DNA of 53,486 bases. Source: an uncultured Bacteroidales bacterium (GTDB taxonomy: Bacteria > Bacteroidota > Bacteroidia > Bacteroidales > P3). Of the stretch, positions 7,596 to 16,965 are shown in pieces. The notes under the pieces were generated by a model. It was not told the DNA's origin. It did not search any database and saw only the letters and a program-made list of their open reading frames with translations. The stretch is from the NCBI GenBank assembly GCA_947165345.1, contig CAMVAA010000001.1, forward strand, positions 1-53,486, in the 5' to 3' direction. The first letter of the stretch is position 1; every line of letters starts with the position of its first letter. The position numbers and the translations under genes were made by a program.

Positions 7596-7618
7596 CAGAG
7601 GCATCCCGCCTCCAACAA

Positions 7619-7654
7619 AAAAGAGGACGTTCCCTTGCCGGAACGTCCTCTTTT
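7619..7654. terminator. Bidirectional terminator between convergent genes
   Basis: aaaagaggacgttcc / cttgcc / ggaacgtcctctttt, flanked by A and T runs. Confidence 0.65.
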
Positions 7655-7676
7655 ATTGTTGCGCTATTGCGCCGCG

Positions 7677-9194
7677 CTATTTCACCATGACACGGTTCAC
7701 GGTACCACCCGCGGCCAGGGTGACTCCGACCGTATAGACGCCCTTCTCGAGGCGGCTGACGTCGATGGTGGCGGTGGTGTTTCCGTCGACATCAGTGGCG
7801 CTCACCTCGCGGCCGGCCATGTCGACTATGACAACACTCTGCATGGGCGCCGCCGCGCTGATGGTGAGCTTGTCGGCGACGGGGTTGGGATGGAGGGCCA
7901 CAAGGCCATGCTCCACGACGTCGATACCCTCGTTGCCGCCGGGGTTGCTGTTGCCGGGCGTCAGGACATAGTGCAGCGTGTCATAGGTGAGCAGCTCGGG
8001 CGTCTCGGGACACAGCGCCATGCTGATATAGACGTCGAGGGTCTTGGGGGTGGTGAAGTCAGCATCGTCGACAGGGATGATACTGATGCTGTGCTGGTTG
8101 TTGTCGATGGTGAAATGGTCGCCCTCGTTGAGGACAGTGCCGTCGTCGGCAAAGCAGACGTAGTCGAAGCCGTTGACAGCGTCGCCGCCGAAGCGGGCAT
8201 ACACGGTGGCATTGTCATATTCGGTGCCGGCAAGGCTGATAGGTATCACCTTTTCGGTACCCTGGGGTATGTTCTCGGTCTCGTTCTGCCAGATGCCTAT
8301 CTGGCCGCTGGGGGTGCCAAAGCTGTTGCCCTCGATAAACACACCGCTGTCGAGGTGGTTGGAGCCGATGTTGCAGACGGAGATGTGCATGTGATACACC
8401 TGGCAGGGGATGACGCCGCCCTGGGCGACAAGCTTGCGCGTGAGGCCGTCATACTGCACGCCAGGTTTGGCATAGGTGGAGTCGTAGTCGTTGTCGCAGA
8501 AGTACTGGCTGTAGTCGAAGCTGTAGCCGAAGCCGGACGAGTAGATGGTGTCTGGCGGAATGCCGTTGTTGACAGTGCTGGTCGACACGGGGATGCCATT
8601 GGGATGCTCGTCGTCCTCCGAGCCGGGTATCATGGCGATATTGCGGGTCACCACCTGGCCGGTAGCGGGGTCGGGGCCCGTGAGCAGGAAGACAAAGACG
8701 TCGTGGTACAAGCTGCCGACAAACTCGTTGTACTCTTCGCTGCCGAAGGAGTAGGAGAACATAACGTTGGTGGCGAGGCACACGAAGTCGAAGTCGATGG
8801 TGCCGCAGGTGACGGCATTGTCGGCAAGGCCCTGGTTGTTGATTTCCGGATCGACATAGCGGTCGGCCTCCGGCAGGGGTATGTTATAGTAGGGGAAGGT
8901 GTTGGGCCCCTTGGCGGCGTCGATATGCCCTGTGGTGACCAGGATGCCTTTGCTCATCTCGATGCAAGGGAAGCCGGTGTTGACAAACGTGCCTATCTGC
9001 GGATAGCGCGACGGGATGATGCCGGACTGCCCGTTGAAGGTCACGTTGTAGACATAGACTCCCTCGCCAAGGAAATTGGTGCGGATGAAATTCGTTATGT
9101 CCTGCCCCACGGCAGAGGTTATCTGGACATTCTGCTGAGCCGCCACACCGAGAGTGGCAAGGGCGCAGAGCACGAGAGTAAAGACTCTTTTCAT
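7677..9194 (-). CDS. Choice-of-anchor-L domain protein with a T9SS sorting domain
   Basis: Signal peptide MKRVFTLVLCALATLGVAAQ. The motif FSYSFGSEEYNEFVGSLYHDVFVFLLTG..NIAMIPGS..VNNG resembles the choice-of-anchor L signature. The C-terminus LHPNPVADKLTISA....GVYTVGVTLAAGGTVNRVMVK is a T9SS CTD. Confidence 0.75.
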   Translation of the reverse strand: MKRVFTLVLCALATLGVAAQQNVQITSAVGQDITNFIRTNFLGEGVYVYNVTFNGQSGIIPSRYPQIGTFVNTGFPCIEMSKGILVTTGHIDAAKGPNTFPYYNIPLPEADRYVDPEINNQGLADNAVTCGTIDFDFVCLATNVMFSYSFGSEEYNEFVGSLYHDVFVFLLTGPDPATGQVVTRNIAMIPGSEDDEHPNGIPVSTSTVNNGIPPDTIYSSGFGYSFDYSQYFCDNDYDSTYAKPGVQYDGLTRKLVAQGGVIPCQVYHMHISVCNIGSNHLDSGVFIEGNSFGTPSGQIGIWQNETENIPQGTEKVIPISLAGTEYDNATVYARFGGDAVNGFDYVCFADDGTVLNEGDHFTIDNNQHSISIIPVDDADFTTPKTLDVYISMALCPETPELLTYDTLHYVLTPGNSNPGGNEGIDVVEHGLVALHPNPVADKLTISAAAPMQSVVIVDMAGREVSATDVDGNTTATIDVSRLEKGVYTVGVTLAAGGTVNRVMVK

Positions 9195-9228
9195 TGCTTG
9201 TATTGTTCGTTTTATAGTTGACCTGTCT

Positions 9229-10752
9229 CTATTTCACCAAGGCCCTGTGCAGGACCATGCCCGACACCGTGGTTGTCCGCACGGTATACACCCCGTTGCC
9301 GAGGTGGCTGATGTCGAGCGTTGCCGTGTGGGACTCTCCTTCCACAGCCACATTGCACACCTCGCGGCCGCCCGCGTCGAGGATGGTGACCTTAGACAGA
9401 ATCTCGCCGCAGGAGACCGTAAGCACGTCGGTCGCAGGGTTGGGATACAGCGCCACCGCCGCCGGCGAGGCCGTCTCGATGCCGTCGTGGCCAGGACCAG
9501 GCCCAGGGGTGCCCTCGGCCAGCGAGAAGCGCATGGTGTCGTGGGTCAGCAGCTGGGGATAGTCGGTGCAGAAGGCCATATCGAACAGTATATCCAACGA
9601 CTTGGGGGTGGTGAGGTCTGACTCGAGGGCCATGACGGTGATGGTGTGGGTGCTTTGGTCGAGGGTGATGCGGTCGCCGTTGTTGAGGGGCGTGCCGTCG
9701 TCGTAGAGGCAGAGGAAGTCGATGCCGTTGACGGCCTGGCCGCCGAAACGGAGCGTGGCCTCGGCAGTGGCGTAGTCGGTACCGCTGAGCGAGATGGGTA
9801 TCACCTTGGGCTGGTTTTTGGTCACCGTCTCAGTGCCGCCCTGCACGATACCAATGTCCGAGACAGGCGTGCCAAAGCTGTGCCCTTCGAGGAAAACACC
9901 GCTGTCGTAGCTCTCGTCGCCGACATTGCAGACGGAGATGTGCATGTGGTACGACTCGCAGGGCACCACCGCCGCCGAAGCGGACATCTTCTTGGTGTAT
10001 CCGTCGTACTGCACACCCGGGATGGGGGTGCCGGTGTAGTCGTTGTCGTAGAAATACTGGCTGTACGTCAGGTAGCAGCCCTCCGGAATCTCGCCGGTGA
10101 TGTTTTCCGACCCGAGGCTGCCGTTGTTGACAGTGTTGATGGCCACGGGGATGCCATTGGGGTGCTCGTCGCTTTCCGTGCCGGGTATCATGGCTATGTT
10201 GCGGGTGACGACCTCGCCGGTGACAGGGTCCGGACCCGTCAGGAAAAAGACAAAGACATCATTGAATTGCGTGCCCACATATTCGTTGTACTCCTCGCTG
10301 CCGAAACAGTAGGTGAACGAAATGCTCGACGAGAGGCACACGAAGTCGAAGTCGAGGGTGGCGCACCCGTTGGCGTTGCTCGATATACCCTGCGAACTCA
10401 TCTCGGGGTCTACGTATCTGTCCTGCTCCATTATGGGCAGGCTTTTGCCAAAGCCGTTGTTGGGACCGGCAGCGACAGTGACGGCACCGGTGGTGAGCAC
10501 GAGACCCGTGGTCATGTCGAGACCCATGTATCCGTTGGACTGGAAAACGCCAATCTGGGGATGGCGGCTGTCCACACTGCCCGAATTGCCGTTGAAGCGC
10601 GCATTGTAGACATACACGCCGTCACCAAGCAGGTTGGTGGCAATCAGGTTGCCGATGTTCTGCCCAACGGCAGAGCTGACGTTGATATTCTGAGCCTCCA
10701 CGGCGGCGACCGTCGACAGAACGGTCAGAAAGAGTATAGTTTTTTTCAACAT
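9229..10752 (-). CDS. Choice-of-anchor-L domain protein with a T9SS sorting domain (tandem paralog)
   Basis: 507 aa, collinear with 7677-9194 (FTYCFGSEEYNEYVGTQFNDVFVFFLTG..). C-terminus LYPNPATDVLTVSC..GVYTVRTTTVSGMVLHRALVK. Confidence 0.75.
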   Translation of the reverse strand: MLKKTILFLTVLSTVAAVEAQNINVSSAVGQNIGNLIATNLLGDGVYVYNARFNGNSGSVDSRHPQIGVFQSNGYMGLDMTTGLVLTTGAVTVAAGPNNGFGKSLPIMEQDRYVDPEMSSQGISSNANGCATLDFDFVCLSSSISFTYCFGSEEYNEYVGTQFNDVFVFFLTGPDPVTGEVVTRNIAMIPGTESDEHPNGIPVAINTVNNGSLGSENITGEIPEGCYLTYSQYFYDNDYTGTPIPGVQYDGYTKKMSASAAVVPCESYHMHISVCNVGDESYDSGVFLEGHSFGTPVSDIGIVQGGTETVTKNQPKVIPISLSGTDYATAEATLRFGGQAVNGIDFLCLYDDGTPLNNGDRITLDQSTHTITVMALESDLTTPKSLDILFDMAFCTDYPQLLTHDTMRFSLAEGTPGPGPGHDGIETASPAAVALYPNPATDVLTVSCGEILSKVTILDAGGREVCNVAVEGESHTATLDISHLGNGVYTVRTTTVSGMVLHRALVK

Positions 10753-10844
10753 AGCGGTACTGTTATTTCAGACTGCAAATATACAACTATTTTTGAATAC
10801 GACGGCTTTTTTTTACCCGCCCGGCACAAGCGCACGCTCCCAAG

Positions 10845-11507
10845 TCAGTCGGTGAAGGCGTAGCGGACTATGTTGGAGCCCATACGCAGCGCCTTCTGGC
10901 GCGTGGCCTGGCTATCGCGGTGCACGTCGGGGTCTTCCCAGCCGTCGCCGAGGTCGCACTCCCAGGTGAAGAAGCACACGAGGCGCCCCTCATAGATGAG
11001 GCCGAAGCCCTTGGGCGGCAGGTTGTCGTGCTCGTGGATCTTGGGCAGACCGTTGGGAAAGTCGTATTTCTGGTGGTAGATGGGGTGCGAGAAGGGCAGC
11101 TCGACGAAGTCCAGCTCGGGGAAGACCTTCTTCATCTGCGGCTCTATGAACTCGCGCAGTCCATAGTTGTCGTCAATATGCAGGAATCCGCCGCCTATAA
11201 GATACTTGCGAAGGTTCTGCGCCTCGCGGTCGCTGAAGACCACGTTGCCGTGACCGGTCATGTGGACGAAGGGGTAGTTGAAGAGCTCGCTGCTGCCCAC
11301 GTCGACGGTTGCAGGGCTGCCGAGCCCCATCTGCTGGTCTTCGTTGCAGAAGGCGGTGAGGTTGGTGAGCGACGTGGGGTTGGCGTACCAGTCGCCACCG
11401 CCGCCATAGCGCAACAAGGCCAACCTCGGCTGGGCCGCCAAGGGGTGGAAGCTGAAGGCTGAAAGCTGAAAGCCGAAAGCCAAAAGTATGAACAGTATCT
11501 TTTTCAT
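10845..11507 (-). CDS. DUF4159 domain protein (secreted)
   Basis: Signal peptide, then ..LLRYGGGGDWYANPTSL.NL..F......PFVHMTGHGNVVFSD.EA.NLRKYL..GGFLHIDDNYG, typical of DUF4159. The start overlaps the rsmE stop by 4 nt. Confidence 0.7.
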   Translation of the reverse strand: MKKILFILLAFGFQLSAFSFHPLAAQPRLALLRYGGGGDWYANPTSLTNLTAFCNEDQQMGLGSPATVDVGSSELFNYPFVHMTGHGNVVFSDREAQNLRKYLIGGGFLHIDDNYGLREFIEPQMKKVFPELDFVELPFSHPIYHQKYDFPNGLPKIHEHDNLPPKGFGLIYEGRLVCFFTWECDLGDGWEDPDVHRDSQATRQKALRMGSNIVRYAFTD

Positions 11508-12229
11508 CTGTCGTTGATTAGGTTGAATGCCGCAGTGGCGTAGAGGGCCGCCGTCTCGGTGCGCAGACGGCTGTGGCCGAGGCTGACGGGCTGGAAGCCG
11601 CAGTCGAGGGCAAGCGCTATCTCCTCGGCCGAGAAGTCACCCTCGGGTCCTATGAGCACAACGGCGTCGCGCCCGGCCACCATGGCGGACGCCAAGGGTG
11701 TGCGGGGCTGGTCGGCCTCACAGTGGGCTATGAACTTCTGCGTGTCCGGCGCGAACAGCTTTGCGCTCTGCCGAAGCCACTCTTTCAGCTCGACCGGAGG
11801 GTTCACGACCGGCAACACCGTGTGCAGACTCTGTTTCATGGCGCTGACGGCCAGCCGCTCCAGCCGGTCGGTCTTGAGGAAGGTGCGCTCCGAGTGGTCG
11901 CAGTTTAGCAGCGTTATCTCTCCCACCCCTATCTCCACGGCCTTCTCCACGAGCCACTCCATACGGGCCGGGTTCTTGGTGGGAGCCACGGACAGGTGGA
12001 GCGCGGCCCGTGGCGCGGGGCTCGTGCTATGGGCTTCCGTGGGCTCCACGACACAGGCTTTGGGGTCGGCGACGACTATACGGCAGAGGTACATGTTGCC
12101 CCGTCCGTCCGTAACGTTGATATCGTCACCCTCCCGCAGCCTCATCACGCGCACCGCATGGCGGCTCTCCTCCTCGTCGAGGGTACACAGGCCGTTTGGC
12201 GTTATATCCAGGCTATAAAACAGTTGCAT
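11504..12229 (-). CDS. rsmE: 16S rRNA (uracil1498-N3)-methyltransferase
   Basis: MQLFY...EESRHAVRVMRLREGD.I.VTDGRG....C.I......, and C-terminal ..VLIGPEGDFS.EE...A...GF.PVSLG..RLRTETAA. This is the RsmE pattern. Confidence 0.85.
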   Translation of the reverse strand: MQLFYSLDITPNGLCTLDEEESRHAVRVMRLREGDDINVTDGRGNMYLCRIVVADPKACVVEPTEAHSTSPAPRAALHLSVAPTKNPARMEWLVEKAVEIGVGEITLLNCDHSERTFLKTDRLERLAVSAMKQSLHTVLPVVNPPVELKEWLRQSAKLFAPDTQKFIAHCEADQPRTPLASAMVAGRDAVVLIGPEGDFSAEEIALALDCGFQPVSLGHSRLRTETAALYATAAFNLINDR

Positions 12230-12252
12230 CGGATTAGTGTTGGTCTGTTATT

Positions 12253-13731
12253 TTACTCTTTTACGTGTTCCACCGTGTAGTTCACCTCGTTCTTGGTCTT
12301 CACGTCGTGACTGAAAAGCCGCATCTTGACATCCGTCTCCCTGCCCGACGGCCGGACGGTCTTCAGCCCGTGGATGCTCACGTTGCTCAGATAGCCTATC
12401 TCGCGGTTCAGGTCGTCGAGGTTGTCGATGGGGTCGTAGATGTTGAGCGTCCCCACCGGCCACGGCGCCACCACCGTCAATCCGTCGACATAGAGGTTGG
12501 GCCAACACTTCTCGCGCAGCTCCGGCCGCGGATTCTCGGCCGTGTCGAGCAGCATGATGCTCACCAGGGAGCGATGCTGCAGCGTGAGCCGGTAGGTGCA
12601 GTCGTGCATCACGATGTCGAACGGGGTGTAGGCGTTGTAGCTGGAACGGATGCGCACGGGCACATAGTCCTCAAACGTGCAGCTGTCGAACAGCACCGTC
12701 CCGTACATGGAGCCGAAAATGGTCTGTCGGCCATGCAGGTAGCATCGGCGCAAGGTGACGTCGCGCCCGTAGCAGTGTATGTCGAAGCGGTCGATGTCGC
12801 AGTCCACCAGTTCGGTGCGGCTCATGTTGTTGCTCCCGAACACGCCCCAGTTTCCGCGGGCCTTGATGTGTTCGTAGCGCGAGTCGTATACGTTGTTGAG
12901 CGAGAAGGCATAGCCGTAGTTCCGCGTGCGGCCGTATCCGGAGTAGGTACCGTCGACGGTGATGTTGCGGAAGAGGAGCTTGGCGCTGTTACTGACGCTG
13001 AAGACACCGTCGGCAATCATCTTGCTGCGGGGGGTGGTGACGTGCATGTCCTCGACCAGCACGTTGTACTGCCCCGTGACGCTGAGGCAGTAGGTGCGGA
13101 ACGTCGACTGCTTGGTGCGGTGCATTGTCAGCCCGCGCACCTCCTTCAGCCCGTCGTCGACGGTGCAGTAGCTGGCACCGAGTTGCGTGCTGTCGGTGTT
13201 CCACGGCATGACCGGCCTGTTCTGCCCGCGTCCGTCGCGCACCACCACCACGTCGCTGCGGTAGGCCATATAGCCGAAGCCGCGCCGCTCGGTCCACGGC
13301 TTGCGGTCCTTCAGCACCAGCAGGTGCAGCCCCCGCGCCAGCTCCGGCACCGCGGTGTAGTCCTGCCCGTCCACCGTCGCCTTGTCCATCTGCAGCGCCA
13401 CAGCCCCGTTCGTCAGCGCGAAGAGGGCTCCGTGCTTCACGTTGTTGGTCACCCGTATCACCAATCCTCCGAAGTCGGTGTGCCGCCCAAGGGGGATGCT
13501 CTTGAAGGAGGGCGGCAGCTCCAACTCGAGGCTGTCGATGCCGGCATAGCTCACCTCGGCGCCCAGGCGCAGGGCCTCGACGTGGGCATTGTACAGGGCA
13601 TAGTAGCGTCCTATGCCCGTCGTGGCTTCGCGCAGCCCGTAGTCCAGCGGCGACACCGTCCGCGCCGCCCCCTGGCCGAACACAGCGCACGGCAGGCTGA
13701 AAAACAGCAGTATAGGTAATACTCTCTTCAT
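12253..13731 (-). CDS. Secreted hypothetical protein (492 aa)
   Basis: Signal peptide MKRVLPILLFFSLPCAVFGQG and coding-like composition. I recognise no family. Confidence 0.6.
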   Translation of the reverse strand: MKRVLPILLFFSLPCAVFGQGAARTVSPLDYGLREATTGIGRYYALYNAHVEALRLGAEVSYAGIDSLELELPPSFKSIPLGRHTDFGGLVIRVTNNVKHGALFALTNGAVALQMDKATVDGQDYTAVPELARGLHLLVLKDRKPWTERRGFGYMAYRSDVVVVRDGRGQNRPVMPWNTDSTQLGASYCTVDDGLKEVRGLTMHRTKQSTFRTYCLSVTGQYNVLVEDMHVTTPRSKMIADGVFSVSNSAKLLFRNITVDGTYSGYGRTRNYGYAFSLNNVYDSRYEHIKARGNWGVFGSNNMSRTELVDCDIDRFDIHCYGRDVTLRRCYLHGRQTIFGSMYGTVLFDSCTFEDYVPVRIRSSYNAYTPFDIVMHDCTYRLTLQHRSLVSIMLLDTAENPRPELREKCWPNLYVDGLTVVAPWPVGTLNIYDPIDNLDDLNREIGYLSNVSIHGLKTVRPSGRETDVKMRLFSHDVKTKNEVNYTVEHVKE

Positions 13732-13764
13732 ATCTTCGTTCTTATGCAGTTTCTACAAGGATTT

Positions 13765-13848
13765 CCCCCCACCCTCTCTACCCCCTCTCTGGGTCCTCTC
13801 TGGGTCCTCTCTACCCCCTCCCTACCCCCTCTCTACCCCTTCTCTACC
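13765..13848. repeat. R1 pyrimidine-rich repeat (tandem ~11-bp ctctaccccct / ctctgggtcct units)
   Basis: ccccccaccctctctaccccctctctgggtcctctctgggtcctctctaccccctccctaccccctctctacccc. Near-identical blocks occur at 23591-23629, 38364-38425, 40285-40341 and 53430-53486. Confidence 0.9.
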
Positions 13849-13885
13849 ACCTCACGCCCAAAACCACCCCAAAATCCCCCCCAAA

Positions 13886-13937
13886 TTCTCAATTTTCAAC
13901 CCTCAATTTTCAATTTTCAATTCTCAATTTTCAATTC
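13886..13937. repeat. Microsatellite-like (ctcaattttcaa) tandem repeat overlapping the mnmA stop
   Basis: ttctcaattttcaaccctcaattttcaattttcaattctcaattttcaattcc. The last four codons and the stop of mnmA (13924-13938) lie inside it. Confidence 0.8.
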
Positions 13938-15033
13938 CCCCAACTATCATCCCCGTGGCCACCACCAGCCTCGCCTCGTTGTCGTAGACCGTGGCGTATT
14001 GCCCAGCGGCGATACCCTGTATCGGGCTGTCGCTGGTCAGGTGCACAACGCCCTCTTCCCCAGCCTTCTCCAGATGGCCCTGGTGGAACTCCGGCGTGTG
14101 CCGTATCTTGAATTTCACGTCCGTCACGCCGTCCGGCATGCTGTCTGCCAGCCTGCCGTCCGCACCCCTCCACTTCCCGCTCAGCAGCCGGAAGCCCGCC
14201 AGCGTCATCTCGCGTCCGTGGGCGGCGTCGGGACTGTAGCCCTGCGACACATACAGCACGTTGTTCTCTATGTCTTTCTTCACCACAAACCACGGCCCGC
14301 CGCCGAGGTACAGCCCCTTGCGCTGGCCTATCGTGTGGAACCAGTAGCCCTTGTGTCGGCCCAGCACACGGCCGCTCTCCAACTCCACAATGTCGCCCTC
14401 GCGCTCGCCTAAATACCGGCGTATGAAGTCGTTGTAGTTTATCTTCCCGAGGAAGCAGATACCCTGCGAGTCCTTGCGGTCGGCGCTCGGCAGACCCGCT
14501 TGCGACGCTATGGCCCTCACCTCGCTCTTCATCATCCCGCCTATCGGGAACATCAGCTTCTCTATCTGGCTGTAGTCCAGCTGCGAGAGGAAATCGGTCT
14601 GGTCTTTCACCGGGTCCTTGGCCGTCGCCATGAAGGTGGTACCCTCCACGACCTCTGTGCGCGCATAGTGGCCAGTCGCTATCCGGTCGTAGCCCTGGCC
14701 ACACCGGTCGTCGAAGGCGCCGAACTTGATAAGGCGGTTGCACATCACGTCCGGGTTGGGGGTCAGCCCGCGGCGCACGCTCTCTATCGTGTAGCTCACC
14801 ACCCTGTCCCAGTATTCGCGGTGCAGGTCCACCACCTCGAACCGGCATCCGTAATGCCGTGCTATCCACTGTGTTATCTCTATGTCTTCCTCGGCCGGAC
14901 AGCTGATATAACCCTCCTCGTCCTCCATGCCGATACGGATGTAGAAGATGTCCGGCTCGTAGCCCTGCTCCTTGAGCAGATGCACCACAACCGAACTGTC
15001 CACCCCTCCCGATACCAAAGCAGCTATCTTCAT
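13924..15033 (-). CDS. mnmA: tRNA 2-thiouridine(34) synthase
   Basis: [17 protein letters not shown]-loop, then ..[15 protein letters not shown].., and overall MnmA length. Confidence 0.9.
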   Translation of the reverse strand: MKIAALVSGGVDSSVVVHLLKEQGYEPDIFYIRIGMEDEEGYISCPAEEDIEITQWIARHYGCRFEVVDLHREYWDRVVSYTIESVRRGLTPNPDVMCNRLIKFGAFDDRCGQGYDRIATGHYARTEVVEGTTFMATAKDPVKDQTDFLSQLDYSQIEKLMFPIGGMMKSEVRAIASQAGLPSADRKDSQGICFLGKINYNDFIRRYLGEREGDIVELESGRVLGRHKGYWFHTIGQRKGLYLGGGPWFVVKKDIENNVLYVSQGYSPDAAHGREMTLAGFRLLSGKWRGADGRLADSMPDGVTDVKFKIRHTPEFHQGHLEKAGEEGVVHLTSDSPIQGIAAGQYATVYDNEARLVVATGMIVGGIEN

Positions 15034-15054
15034 ATCTTATCTCTTATAACTTAA

Positions 15055-15433
15055 CACTTCTCTCATATCACTCCCCACTTAACACTTACCACTTCTCACT
15101 TAACACTCATAACTAACGCACCCCCACCCCCATTTATTGTGCCCCCCAGCCAAACACATTAACACCCCTACCACCAACATAACACTTACCACTTACCCCC
15201 CCCAACTCTTAACTCTTAACTCATAACTCTTAACTCATAACTCTTAACTCATAACTCTTAACTCCCTCCTCCCCCCGTACATTTGGCTTAACTACTTAAC
15301 TACTGCCTACTGTCTCCCCCCCCAACTCTTAACTCTTAACTCCCCCTCCCCCGTACATTTGGCTTAACTACTTAACTACTGCCTACTGTCTCCCCCCAAC
15401 TCTTAACTCTTAACTCATAACTCTTAACTCCCC
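15055..15433. repeat. G-depleted repeat tract: 14-bp ctcttaactcataa tandem units plus two ~76-bp R2 units
   Basis: R2 units lie at 15264-15341 and 15342-15430 (..cccgtacatttggcttaactacttaactactgcctactgtctcccccc..aactcttaactcttaactc). They are related to three units at 40369-40585. Very few G residues on the + strand. Confidence 0.85.
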
Positions 15434-16873
15434 TACGCCACCGGCTACGGCATCAGCGTCGACGACCTCGTGCTCAACGCGGCGCCCGTCTGCCCGCGCC
15501 CACTGGCCCTCTCCCTCTCCGACGCCACCGAGTCCAGCCTCTCCCTCTCCATCGACGACACAGCCTTCGTCGGCCACTACCGCCTGTGGGTCTACGCGGC
15601 CGACACCCTGGTCGACAGTCTCGACATCAACTCCGCCACCTACACTCTCTACGACCTCGCTCCCGGCACCCTCTACACCGTGAGCGCCGCCTCCCTCTGC
15701 TACGGCAACCCCACCGAGCGCGTCAGCGCCTCCGCCGCCACCCTCTGCGCCGTCATCGCCGAAGCGGAGCTCCCCTGGAGCGAAGACTTCGAGGGCTGGC
15801 CCGTCGGCATCCACGCTCCTCTCAATCCCTGCTGGCAAGCCTTCTACTCCACCTCCGACACTATCCTCTCCACTTACGCCAAGGTCTACGCCGCCACCGA
15901 CCTCGACGCCGGACACACGGCCGTAAAGATGCTGGCACAGCACAGCTACTCCACCGGCGAGCAGTACTCCACCCTCGTCCTGCCCCTCGTCGACGTCAAC
16001 CCGCGCCGTCTCCAGCTCGACCTGCGGATGCGCTTCGCCTACCAGCAGACCGACCCCGGCGAGTACGTGGAAGTCGGCGTCCTCTCCGACCCCGACGACC
16101 CGCACAGCTTCGTCCCCTGCTCCCTCATCGAAAACCCCGGCAACTATCTCTACCACGACTACTCCGTCCGCTTCGGACGCCACCCCCACCCCACCTCCGG
16201 CGCCCTCGCCATCCGCTACCACTACAACGTGCCCAACGACAATTCTCACATCTTTGTCGACAGCGTCGCACTCTCCCTCCTGGACGAGGAGGACGTGGCC
16301 TGTGAAATCAGCGCCCTGCACGTCTCCGACATCACAGACAGCAGCGCCGTCGTGGCCTGGAACTACAACTGCGAGGCCTCGGGCTTCGAGGTCGAGCTGC
16401 GCGGCGGCGACGAGGACCGCAACCTCCTCACCTCCGACACCTCCGTCGCCCTCACCGCCCTCCAGCCCGCCACGGCCTACTCCGTCCGCGTGCGCGTGGC
16501 CGGCGACTTCTGGAGCCAGCCCGTCTACTTCTACACCACCGTCCCTCCCACGCCGTCCGACACCTCGGCCTCCGACACCACCCATGTCGACACCGTCGAC
16601 CCCGTGAATCCCTCCGACTCCTCCGACCACTCGGCCGTTAGCGTCGTCGCTCTTCAGTCCGTCGCTCTCTGCCCCAACCCCGTGGCCTCGGGCTACACGG
16701 TGACGCTGCGCGGAGTCCCCGCCGCCGCCTCGGTGTCCGTGTGCGTCGCCACAGGCCGCCCCGTCCTCTCCGACCTTCGCGGCGACTCCTTCGCCATCAA
16801 GCAGCCGGGCGTCTACTTCGTGGTGGTCTCCTCCGGCTCCTCGCGCACCGTCCGCAAGCTGGTGGTGCTGTAA
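15428..16873 (+). pseudogene. 5'-truncated T9SS cargo gene (FN3-like domains plus CTD), with no signal peptide
   Basis: The frame opens straight out of the repeat tract after TAA at 15425-15427 (LPYATGYGISVDDLVLNAAPVCPRPLALS..). The first possible start is GTG at 15470. There is no N-terminal signal peptide. C-terminus ALCPNPVASGYTVTL....GVYFVVVSSGSSRTVRKLVVL is a T9SS CTD. Confidence 0.55.
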
Positions 16874-16892
16874 TAGCAAGCACATCCCAAGA

Positions 16893-16926
16893 AAAATGGC
16901 CGGAAGCTCTCGCCTCCGGCCATTTT
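16893..16926. terminator. Bidirectional terminator between convergent T9SS cargo genes
   Basis: aaaatggccgg (16893-16903) pairs with ccggccatttt (16916-16926). Confidence 0.65.
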
Positions 16927-16965
16927 CTTTTGTCCCCCGCTGGGGGCTCTTGCATTGTCTGCGCG

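Noticed and set aside
7635-10863. Long plus-strand ORFs (7635-9221, 528 aa; 9646-10863, 405 aa) opposite the choice-of-anchor-L genes
   Set aside because: They are mirror-frame artefacts of GC-rich coding DNA. They have Gly/Val/Ala/Asp/His/Arg-dominated composition, no signal or domain motifs, and overlap well-supported minus-strand genes completely.
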